This document shows positions 35,575 through 47,001 of a DNA stretch of 51,359 bases, piece after piece (the first letter of the stretch is position 1; each line of letters opens with the position of its first letter). Source of the stretch: Marsupella aquatica (Eukaryota; Plantae; Marchantiophyta). Position numbers and translations under genes: made by a program. Location of the stretch: assembly GCA_973895155.1 (NCBI GenBank), contig OZ316895.1, forward strand, positions 23,596,722 through 23,648,080, written 5' to 3'. Below the pieces are notes generated by a model. It was not told where the DNA came from. It made no database searches and was given only the letters and a program-made list of their open reading frames with translations.

Positions 35575-37980
35575 CTACTTATCAAACGATTTATATGACA
35601 AATACGTATTTACTCCTACTAAAATCGTTTGTTATCGTATGACGGGAACGTGGAGGGACGCTATTAGGATTCTATTGCATGTAAGATGAGTATGTTTGAT
35701 TCCGCTCCCGGAAGTGTAATTTTTGATCAAGTCTACCGACTAACCTCTCTGCTTTTGATCAAGTCCCATGGACTACACCACACATACTCATACTGGTCGT
35801 TGGTGGAGTGCTGTCACCACCCCTCCTATTCACATGGTTGACCAAATCGTGCAAGGATTCCTTAGACACTTCTTGGGGAAAGAACACAATCGTGAACTAG
35901 AAAAGGCAACACCACACCAAAACTTGAGGAATCAAACCAAATCCATATCTTTTGGCAAAACGTCATAACACATTGCAAGGACAACCCGGCCTCCTGCCGT
36001 CTGCCCAACTACTGCCTCACTGGGGCAAGTGCTACACCTCTACCTCACTACTCTAGCTTGATTCCCTCCTCTGGCTATGAGCTAACTTCCCTAAGCAAAC
36101 ACTAGACTGAGTTCCCCCCCGTTTCACTACGGGGCTCTCCCCTAAATACTGAAAAAAAAACACCAAAGCACCCCTCACGGAGTGGTAACAACGGCGGCAA
36201 CCCTAGTGGCGCCGCCAAAAACATCTAAGAGATAAACTAACCTAAAGCGTGCGACACACACACGCTATGAAAAAGCCTAGCCCACTACGGTACCAACGGT
36301 GCCTTCGCTGGTACTAACATCTAATCCATAGTGCATGAAAAGCAAGGCCCTACATTAGTCTTCACCGGACTCACTTACTGAACTAGTGCTCCACCCCTGG
36401 AATCCTCACCTCCACTGGTAATGATGAGGGTGATGAAATGTTGGTACCGTGACCAGGGGATACGGTGGTACCATGCCAGTGGATACGGTGGCACCGTGAC
36501 TAGCAGATACGGTGGCACCATGACCAGCTTGCGTTTCCCGTGATGACTTACGAGTCTCCCGTAACTGTTTCTCCAACATCTTACTCTTCTCCTTCTCCTT
36601 CTCACTCACGGTGCCTTGGCTTGAGCCCCGTGAGTTGGTCTCCTTATCACTCTCCATTGGAGTGGATACCACTCCGCTAAACAAGGACTCACTTGAGTCC
36701 ACCACCTCCTATCTTATCTATCTACCCTGCCTACCAGCCTCAATCCTCCTGATCGCCACCACCGGTTTGTTGAAAAAGGAGGGAGGCCTTATAATTGTCG
36801 AAACTAAAATTTTCTCAGAATTCACTTCTGCAAACATATATGAGGAGCCCTCCTCTTCCTGATCACGGCTCCGTAAATGGTGCACAAAACGGAGGTCAAA
36901 CGGCCAAGATATGATCGTTTAACTTTTCACGGGGCACCGTCTCCCTCCGTTTCGCCCGTACAACACCAGGGGCCCTGGCTTTGAAAAACACGGATCACGG
37001 TATCCCCGTATGTGCTGCTACCTCCTCCTTCTCTTGCAAAGCTGGGACCTCCTGCCGTACGGCCTCAAAACTCCCGTATTCTCAAAAAAATGCGATCTGT
37101 TGTATCTCCCTCGTCTTAGCTCCGTTTTGGCCGTGTGACACATCGTTGGATTCAGCTCGGCGAGCTCTTTCCAACAAGCCCATAGACTCCTGATTTTGAG
37201 ATGGTCAAAAATCTGATGTTCGTACAACCAGGGTCCGTACACACGTTGAAAGCAAGCACAAGAGGGAAAGGGTTTAGGGTTTAGGTATGGATGGAAACCC
37301 CACAAGTGAGAATAGAGAAAAAGGGAAGGAAGAAAGCGTGAGGGCCCCTTCTACAGTGGGGAAAGGAAAGAGAGCAAAAACAAAAAACATGTGAGGACCA
37401 CACAAAGGGTGAAGGGGAACACAAGTGTAGGAACCCCTTCCTTCTAAGGGCCCTCCCACCATCACTACTCCAAGATTGTCTAGTTTGCCGTTTTACGGGC
37501 GTTGAGGTCCCTTGAGATGTCACTGTTTGATATAGACCTAAAATCAACTAGAGAACCTCAGTTTCGCATGGGGCTCATTGAGGGTTTCAAAATGAATCCA
37601 AACATGACCATAGTACTAGCGCAACAACGTCTATTTTAAGTTTCAACATTTTCTATATTTTGGTCATTCTTCCCGTCTAGCGCCTTACGTGGAGCCTCCG
37701 ACCAGCCCCCACCCCTCCAAGATGCCCACACCTTGGCTCCAAGTCCTTGGGCTGCCTTGTGGCCTCCTTTTACACCCTCAATGGTTCCCTTGTCATCCAT
37801 CTCCGCCGACACCCCTCTCTACTCCGGCCTCCGGTGTCACATCAATTTTTTAGAACTAACAAAAATTAAAAATTTTGAAAACCAAACACTTTTGCTACAC
37901 CTACTTGCTTTCTATTCATATACGCAATTATAAGTCATCACTAACTTACTACCGGGTTTGGGGCCCTATCACAGGCATAA
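35575..37980. mobile_element. 2.4-kb non-coding insertion inside RNase H, LTR-like in character
   Basis: Splits WTDAS|DNAIG; CAC on both flanks (35572-35574, 37981-37983). Contains a telo-box (AGGGTTTAGGGTTTAGG), a ~24-bp repeat (36442-36527) and a GAGCTCTTTCCAAC motif like those in the local LTRs. Confidence 0.75.
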
Positions 37981-40900
37981 CACTTGCGTCTGTCCAAATC
38001 TCGAACAACTTCCCCATCTCAGGTAACTTTAGAACCGGCGGCATTATCATTAACCTCTTAAGTTCTAGGAATGCTAACTCGCAATCCTGTGTCCACACAA
38101 ACACTTTGTTTTTCAACGTTAGTGCGTTTAGGGGCCTCGCGATCCTCGCATAGTCTTTCATGTATCTCTGATAGAACCCCGTAAATCCTAAGAAGGCTCT
38201 AACTTGCCTTACATTGGACGGGCGCTCCCATTCTTTGATCTCTTTAAGCTTGTCCTGACTAGGCGTAATCCCTTCCGGGGTAAAGGTATGGCCGAGGAAC
38301 TGAATCTCGTTCATCGCAAACTCGCACAAGTTTTCTAGGTTTAGCAAAGAGACGAGCCTTACGAAGGCGAGAGAACACTTCTCTGAGCAACTGCTCATGT
38401 TCCTCCAACGTTTTCAAGTAGATTAGGATGTCATCAATAAAGACGACCACTCCTTGGTCCAACAAGTCATGAAAGATGGTATTCATCATCTTCATGAACG
38501 TTGCGGTTGCATTACACAACCGGAACGGCATAACCAAAAACTCAGGATCCAAACCTTGTGCGCATCGCGGTCTTATACTCGTCTCCCTTAACCATGCGGA
38601 TCTGGTAATACCCAGACCGCAAATCCACCTTTGAAAACTTCTTAGCCCCGGAGAGGCAATCGAAGAGGTCATCCATATGAGGTAACGGGTACTTGTTCTT
38701 TACCGTCTGCTTATTGGGGGCCTGATAATCTGCGCACAATCTCAAAGTACCATCCTTTTGGACACAAATACGCAGGCGCCCCGTAAGGACTCTTACTAGG
38801 GCGAATGAACCCTTGGTCGATCAACTCTTCCAAGGCGTTTTTCAACATCATTCGCTCGTTTAGGTTCAAACGATAAGGAGCTTTAGCCTGAGGAGCCGAT
38901 CCCGGCTCCAACTCAACTTGGTGATCCACTTCTCTCCGCGGGGGTAAACCTTTAGGTAGCTTATGCGCGAGCACGTCGTTGAATTCCTCTAAAATTTCAG
39001 GAATTCAACCGCAGTCGGGCCCAACCTTAGCTGACTTGACATTTGGCTGCGACGTAGCCTCCTTAGTTGGGTGGAGATGAAAGAAGAAACATTCATGTCC
39101 ACCCTTGAAGTCTTTCCATCATTGCTTCGCCGATACACACGGAGACATCCATGACACTTTACTTACTTTAAGAAATCTGTCTTTATTTTGGTAATTTCGT
39201 GTACAATGATGGGCTCACTGCCCTTATTGGGAAAATGGAGCACCTCACCCCCCGGTTTCAAGGTAACATTGTGCTTTCTGATTTAACCTACCGACAAAAT
39301 GAATTCTACGGCTAGACAGTCTAGAACATAGAACATCTCCTGACTAACAAAATTTTGTTGTTCGCCTATGACCTCTACCCGAAGTCTATGCACTACTCTC
39401 GACACTATCCCCTTCGTGTCGTTGGTGAACTTGCACACTAACGGTTGTAACAACTCTTGCACGTCCACCCCAAGACGAGCTGCCGCCTGCCCACTTGTGA
39501 AGCAGGCGGTCGCGCCTGTATCCATCAAAGCAACACCCAGATTACCGTTAGAAGTGACATTCACAAAAATCAGTTTTTCAGGATCCATTGTCTTAACTTT
39601 AGGTATCTTCTCTCGCAACAACACCCTCTCTCCGTCAGGGACATCCCCTACAGGGACCTTGTCAACTACTAAGGGTTCGGTTAGAGCGATACTTACCTTA
39701 ATGCTCTTCTGCCCTCCACCATCTCCGTTTGGTTTGCCACCTTTCGTGGAACAATCCTTACTTTGATGACCCATGGCACCACATGTGAAGCACAAACCTT
39801 CAGCCCGCCTCTCTCCATGGTTGCCTGCTGCTTTGCTTTCTGTGCCGATGAGGCTCCTTTCTTTAAGTTGACGGCTTTCCGGTTTCGCTTAGCTTCTCCA
39901 TTCTGGGGCTGGGGTTCCGAACCACCGGCCCCCACCCCCTCAGGTTGCTTACGCTTATTCCAGGGACCTTTTGCTTTCCCAGCTTCCCCCTCGGATCCCT
40001 TGCCACCCACCTTCGCCAAGTCCGGTCGATTATTCACCAACGTAGTGGCCTTGTCGAAGGCGTCAAAAAGCGTTTTGAACTCATGACGCTTTTCCTGCAA
40101 CTTTTCCTTGAGCAACGGCGGGAGCTTCACGATAAAGTTGTGAAGCTATGTATGCAGGGTCTCTTGTCCCGCCGGGATACACGCCAACTGATTTTGGTAA
40201 TAAGTGATGAACTTTTGGATATCACCCCTGAAGCTCATCTCCGTTACACATTTTTGAGCGTGCCGCTCCGGGTACGTAGTGGTGACATGAGCACGGAGAC
40301 CCTCAACCAGGTTTTCCCAAGTGAACGGCAAGGAGGAGTCCTCTCGCGACTTCTTCCATGACTTGTACCAAGTCAAGGCATAGTCCTTCAGGTAAGGAGC
40401 GGCTGCGGTAGCCCAAGTGGAACGCTCAACGCATGCTTGGAGATGAATCTCCATCGTGGAGAGCCAACTCAGGAACTTTTGTCCACTTTGTTTGTAGGCC
40501 CCGTCGTAAGTTGGAGGAGTCGGTAGCTGGTTCACTTGGAACCTACTCCGTCCAACTACCATTCCCTCTCGGGATGCGACGCACTCTGACTACCCAGACT
40601 AAGTAAGTACTTAATCTGGGCCCCCTTGTTGTGTTCCAAATGCTCATAGATGAGTCGTTGGTCTTGAGTCAACGGACCCAGATCGTCGTCAGCGGCCGGG
40701 CCCTTGCGGTTTGTACGAGGACGGTCCTCCAACTGTCTTTCCTTTGCGGGCCGCCTGTCCTTAGGTTCTCTTATGGATTTTGGTGATACCCCCCATGTCT
40801 TGCGAGCACCATGACCTCCCGGGACTGAGGTATCACCCGCGTCATCCTGGTTCTGCTTGGTCAAATTATCCACGATGATGTTTGGCTCGACATCATCCTC

Positions 40901-41251
40901 TGGCTCGACATTCAACCCTCTCAAGGCTGGGATCAGCTCCTCCTCTAGGTCCTGACCCTCTTCCTCTGTTTCGGCTTCAACCTCGTCGTTGCTTCCTTCT
41001 GCGTCGGAGTCGTCGTCATCCGACCCATCCTCTGAAGTATCAGCCACCTCCTTCCCTTTAAGGTGACGGCGCTCTGCACTTGACGTGTTTGCCGTAGCGG
41101 TCAACGATTCGGCCGTTGTGTCTTCTTCGTCCTGCTTATAACGTTTGTCTAGGGAAGTTGACCCGTCCTCCTTCTGTTCATCTTGGACTTGGGCTCTCCC
41201 CTTGGTGGGGGGAGCCTGTTTGCCACTCTTTGATTGAGTGTTTTTAGCCAT
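37981..41251 (-). pseudogene. gag-pol: gag, zinc knuckle, protease, reverse transcriptase and start of RNase H, with frameshifts and stops
   Basis: ATG at 41251 (MAKNTQSK), gag core [89 protein letters not shown]. Confidence 0.93.
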
Positions 41252-41635
41252 GTTCCCAGTGACCGAATCTGCCCGCAATCGACCCACCGGGCACGTTGAA
41301 GCACTAAGTCCCCGCAAAAATCCGCTAAGATTTTTGGATTCCGACTTAGGCTCGGGGGGGTCACTTCCATGGAAGTGGCATATCATGTGCGACGAAGTAT
41401 AGGGCCATTTAAATGGTTTTGGCAGAAGACTTATTAAGTCTTCTATGGAAATATAGGGTTGTTTAATTGCAAAATGCATATGTGTCATCACATGATTGGT
41501 GCAGTACAACTTTCTAGAAAGTGACTTAGGGGGGTCATAAATGACCCAAACCGTCGCACGTGATGTATGACCCTTCATATAGTGACCCCCCCGAGGACTT
41601 AGCACAACCCCGACCCGGTGTCTATGCCAGCAATC

Positions 41636-41647
41636 GCTCTGATACCA
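41636..41647 (-). other. Primer-binding site complementary to initiator tRNA-Met
   Basis: Minus strand TGGTATCAGAGC immediately internal to the 5' LTR. Confidence 0.95.
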
Positions 41648-43148
41648 CAAGTGGTGGACCTCGCCACCCAGCGCCCTCACCAATCCTAGCACTCACGTCT
41701 AAGTGCCCTTGGTGTCCGAACGCCTCCACATAATACCTCGAGCAAGCACCCAAGTGCCTCTTGCACCACCAGCGGCCCCTCCCATACAAAGCCACACTTG
41801 CTCACCTACACGACCGCTACTCAACGATCCTCACTATTTGCACAAGCAACCAAGCACCTCGGTAAGTAACCCCTCAGGATCTAGAACTCGCCAAGTCTAG
41901 TATCCTAACTCAAGCTCAACAGACGTTGGTATATAGGTCAGCGATAGGTCCTCTCGATGCCATAAGCCGGAACCACAACCCACGCCCACTGTTCGTCCAG
42001 AACAGCTCCTTCCTTGGGCGCGGCCCGAGTTCCCCCTCGTACCTATCCATCACCAACTGACCGCCCTGACCCCAGGACATGCTCATGGCCCAAATAGCGT
42101 AGCTTGTCCCAAAGCTTGTCCTAAGCTTGTCCCAACACGCCGGGACCAGAACGGCCCCGACTCTAGCACTCGCTTCTGGTTCGCCCCACTGGTGGTCTAG
42201 GGGCCGAGCACCCTTGGAACTTAGCCTCCACACCTACTTGGCCTTGCCTCCCCAACGCAAGCTCCCTTGGGAGACTGAACGCGGCTTGGCTGCTGTTCGG
42301 CAGGATTTGGCAAGCGGGCGAGCTAACACCCGCAAACCATGAGAACCCACGGCATCCCCAGACCCAGCTGAGATCAGGAGGACGTAGCCCTCCTCAAGAT
42401 CTTTCCAACGCACCCAAGAAGTCCTTCAACGGACTTCCCGTTGGGAAGATATCGCCATTTCTGTTTGGCGGTTTCCCTTAGTGTCGCGACCGCCGCGGCT
42501 CACGACTTCGGCTCGGCCTCAGCCCCCAAGGAGACACCACTCCCCTCATATATGCTTCTGGAGACTTGCCACCCCCGGACCAGCTTTGGTCCCTAAACAT
42601 TTGGCTCCCAACCCAGATCCCATCGCGCATAATGGGTGCGTCACCAACTGGCAACACCCATAACTTTCTTGATAGGCATCCGCAAGCGGAGTGCCTTAGC
42701 CTGTTGTGACCAGGCCGACCCAGTGCTCATGCCTAGGCCCTCAGGTTTGATTGCCGCTCGAGGCCCCCGACCGGCCCAACCCGGATCGGGCCACAACTTG
42801 TGCCCCAAGCGTCCGTTGCCAATGGCGTCAACTCCATTGGCCTTGGGCCCAAGAGGAGCTCACTCCTAAGCCCTCAGAACTCAAAGTCCATCCGACAGTC
42901 CGGACGGCCATCCTTGAGCCCGGTCCATTTCCCCTTGACCCGACCAGCCATAGGCTATTCCAAGTCCTTAGTGTGTGTCCCCAACTTGGCCCCTTGCCTC
43001 GCCAGTGCCACGTCTCGTTGCCCACAAGTCTCCCCATGCTAAGTCCTCCCCGGATGGCCTATCCGGGCCTGGACCATAAGGGAGCTTGGCGTCGGAGTCA
43101 GCGATGCCGGAGCTAAGTGTTAAGGTAGTCGAGTTCCGCGACTGAACA
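41648..43148 (-). repeat. 5' LTR, ~1.5 kb
   Basis: Homologous to 33669-34188 and to the solo LTR 22027-23774; TG at 41652 and CA at 43147-43148, exact limits ambiguous by a few nt. Confidence 0.9.
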
Positions 43149-44727
43149 TATTCCTTTGGAGGAGGACATTGCTGAGCAATGCTTCGGATGCAGAAGATGA
43201 AGAATTTTTTTGCGATGATGCTCCAAATACTTGTGACTTTAGGAGCAAACATCACTATGGATGAGGTAGACTTCCAAGTATGAGTCCTCTCCTTCCACCA
43301 TTCTAGTATGCAAAGTTAATTTTTTTTGTAATTATAAACAAAAGGGAAAATGTTTAACCACCAAGTTTGTGAGTTTCTTGTACCAGGAGCCGTCCATTGT
43401 CCTTGACTCTCGATCTACAAGACCGGCTTCAACCGGTGACCCTTTGCCTTATCTGGTTCGTGACTCTCAGCCTACAGGACCTCCAGACACACAACCAACT
43501 CGTAGAGTAGCACCTTGTCTTCCAGCTACCGTTGCATTTTTGATCGCAACCTGGTGGCTACTTTTGTGGACAGGCTACTACCTCGATGTCATATACATGG
43601 ATTTTTGAGAACTCCGAGAGTTGAGCATGTGACTGACTTGCATCAACTTTGGTAAATTCACATTGGTTGTGGAGAGATTGGTCATGGTTGGACTTTTATT
43701 ACCTGGGAGGTCTTCTCCTATGATTACCTCCTAGTTGTATCATTCCACCCTTTGTGCATGTCTCATCTACACTTACTTGGTTGTTGTTGCAACACATATT
43801 CGCTTACATGTTCCTTTCATCAGGTTCAAAAATTGTGAGGCAAAAACTAGGCACGATTGCGTGATGGGCGATGACTCGACGTTCAAATTTGAAGTGAGTG
43901 TGCATATAGACAGGAACATCACGCAGGGCGTTTCAGAATCAACTTGATGTTGTGTCTAGATTGCAGCACTTTGTCATGGGCCATAAAAAAAACTCAATGG
44001 GCAACAATAACCTAAATCATTCAAAGGGAGCCACAACACAAGTTTTGGGCACTAAGTCAGTCCCGCTGAATGAAGTCCCGGCCCTATATTTGAGACCCCC
44101 TAGTGGCTTGCAAATTTGTTGATAGCTGCAGGTATGAAATCCGGTGTAAATGCGCGCCTCTCACCTTTTGGCTCATCTCCCAAAAGTTTGGAAACAAACC
44201 AAATTACAGGGAATGAATATCCATGGAACATCTCTCACCAGCCCCCTTTCAGTCCCATACTCACACGCGTCAATCCTGCACACGTCCGCTTGGGTCCAGT
44301 TCCTAAATGTATATCAGAGTCGTGTTCGGAAGGTTTTAATTCCTCGGAAAAGCGACGGTCAAGATGAGACGATGCTGAGGATCTTCCTCCATAGCGGATC
44401 GTGTCCGTCGATCGAAGTTTTTAGGTCTATTTTCGACCTTGTGAATTATTCCGTGAACGCGATTGGCGGAGTAGAGCGCAACGGTGGACAGGGACAGGTC
44501 GAGGCAAAGCAAAGGCCACTCAACCAAATCTGGACCTTATCCTCTTTTCGTCACCAACAATCTGTCTCGACCCACAATCGGATTTCACTCTGCTCCTCCC
44601 GTTTCGTGTGATTCATCGATCGCCCACTTCGTCAATCACACTCTTGCGCCGTGTCTGAGTGTCTGAATTCCATCGCATTCGCCTCTGCTGTTCAGATTTC
44701 TGCTAGCATTTTGCCTCTTCTGGAGCT

Positions 44728-46068
44728 ATGGCGTCGCTTGCAGTGTCATCGTCCGTCAACGTCGCAGCTGCGGCTTCGTCCTTCACCGGTGCCCGTGTCT
44801 CGTCCGCTTCCCGCAATGCCGCCGTCACCGTGAAGGTAAGCTTGCGGAAGAGGCGTTTCTTGAGTTGTGTGATTGGAGTGATTCAATTCTGTGAAATGAG
44901 CTGAATAAACGCGCGTTTCGAGTGCGAGACTCGAAAATTGACCTTCTGTTGGGTTACACCAATTTTTGTGGTGCAAAGCGTGGAGTAGAGGTGCCCTGAT
45001 CACGGGCTTGAGCCAATTCTGTCACAAGATGGTGCGCGGATTTTGGGTTTTGCTTTGCCTGCTGGACAACTTGTTTGGTCATCTAGTCAAGTCTTTAAGA
45101 CATGGACCGACTGGGAATAATCATGTTGTCGCGTGATCGAACTTGAGAAGTCTTCGTTTCGGTGACGTATGAGTATCTTCCATAGTTCTTCGATTCTGGA
45201 GCGTACGACTGTTTGGGGAAATTGTTTAGAGTTCTGCTTTGCTGTGTTTCGGGACTGACGGAGAGCTCTTGAGAAATGTCCTGGATGGCTGTGTATTGTG
45301 TGCTGCCGCGTATTCCTTAGCGTGAAGGCTCGCTGAGTCAATCCAGGTCTCGTAGCAAACGTTTAGACGCGTACAACTGTGCGTTGATTGCTACGGTCAG
45401 GTGCGACCCGCGTGGAAAGGGAACCTGCAATGAACAGGATTTTGTGAACGTAACCTAGGGATTGTTTGAATGTGAATCTCGAGGACAGAAATCTGTCCGC
45501 TTGTATACGCTTCTTTGTTCCACTTGTCCCTCGCATGTAACCTGCATGGTGAGTTGCTGGAGATTTGTGTATAGGAGTGATTCTTGGAATCTGTTACAAT
45601 GAAGTCATTCTTTGAAATGTTAGATTTTATGATGCATATCCTAGGCACGGTTGCACGCCTACTCTCTCGTACCTGTTGTCAAGGAATAACGAGGAAGCAA
45701 TGTGTACTCGTGAATTGCAGTTCAAGGAACGGAACGCCTGATTCGATGGTAAAATTCTTTGGACACAGTTCGCGAGAGACGTGACAATCACGATTCTGAA
45801 GCCGTCTTTTGTGGTGCTTTCTGTGCAGATGGCACCAGTCAGGGCCCAGGCCAAATCCGATGCCGAAGTGGTGCAGAGGAGAGCTTTGGTTGCCGGTGCA
45901 GCTGCCGCAGCGCTCGCCCTCATTAGCTCCGCTCCAGCGTTCGCCGGAGGCGTCGATGCCCCTGCGGAGAAAGGCATTGTTGGGCCGAAGCCCGGAAGCA
46001 AGGAGGCTTTGAGGAAATTCCGTAACATCTGCGTCTCCCAGCCCACTGCCTCCATCTGCCACGGTTGA
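44728..46068 (+). CDS. PsbTn: Photosystem II 5-kDa lumenal protein precursor; exons 44728-44835 and 45829-46068, 115 aa
   Basis: Ser/Ala-rich transit peptide MASLAVSSS.., phase-0 intron AAG|GTAAGC..TGTGCAG|ATG, twin-Arg signal QRRALV + hydrophobic stretch + AFA, mature part PKPGSKEALRKFRNICVSQPTASICHG with the two conserved Cys. Confidence 0.9.
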
Positions 46069-47001
46069 ATTTAGACAGACAGCTAGCTGCTACAGTATAG
46101 TACATGGTGTGCTAGACTAAACCCTGTAATGTAATCTAATCTAATCTAATCGATTCGTGTAGTCTTGTAATTTTGCTCCAAGCGGACAAGGTCTATGCAA
46201 ACCACTTGTCGATAAATTTGACGAAACTGTGAATGATCATCACTTCCCGTGTAAACATGTTGTAAAATTTTACAGTTGCCGAGCATGAGGCATTAAGTGA
46301 TCGCCGATTGTAAGCTGCGTGCATTTCTTTTTGGTGAAGTCTGCCACTGTATGTCATTGACCGCACGTAGTAAGTATCCCCAGTTTGAGCTCCCGTTCTC
46401 AATCGCGCTCCAATTCGTACCTTCCCCCGATCTTACTTCTTAGTACGTCATAAACCTCACTTCGTCGAGAACTTTGCTAGAAACTTGACGTAAACGTCAA
46501 TCGATGAAGGGAAGTGAACTGCAACTTGAATAAAACCCAGATCTCTAGATGTACCACTGCCTAAATTCTTTTACCATTCAACCATACTACTTTGAGGCTC
46601 AAGAAAGTTGCTAGTTTGCTTGCAGCCGGACCTTTCAATTAATCAAACCCGAACTGAAAGTTGATTGAAGTGTGGATGGGAACAAAAGAAAATGAATGCT
46701 TTGCGACAGGTGGAGCGAGGAGTTCCTTTCCACTCTCGTGACACAGCTTTGAAATGCTAGGGAGAAAACCACGCTAACTAATTGCCTATGATGTCAAGTC
46801 CAGACCATGTCCAGAGCCGTATATAGTAAACATCAGGTCGCCAAGAATTTTGCAATGAAAATGAAATCTCCTGCGAGGGATTTCCCTTCGAATTGCACTG
46901 CCACGCCACCATGGAAGCAGCAAGTTCAAGGTGAACTCGGTCAAAATTGGTTGCCGATCTGGGCTGATAGATCTTTGCACGCGTCTATCTGAATTCCTTG
47001 G

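Larger units (their letters stand above)
33669..43156 (-). mobile_element. Ty3/gypsy LTR retrotransposon (chromovirus-like), decayed
   Basis: Order LTR-PBS(iMet)-gag-PR-RT-RH-INT-LTR on the minus strand; candidate 5-bp TSD TGGAG at 33664-33668 and 43157-43161. Confidence 0.95.
29057..44100 (+). mobile_element. PIF/Harbinger DNA transposon inflated to 15 kb by nested insertions
   Basis: Perfect 22-bp TIRs GGGGGTCTCAAATATAGGGCCG (29057-29078) and CGGCCCTATATTTGAGACCCCC (44079-44100), TAG on both flanks, and a Harbinger transposase remnant inside. Confidence 0.75.

Noticed and set aside
41252-41692. N-terminal 147 codons of the 378-aa minus-strand ORF
   Set aside because: They run through the LTR, PBS and leader; gag more plausibly starts at the ATG at 41251.
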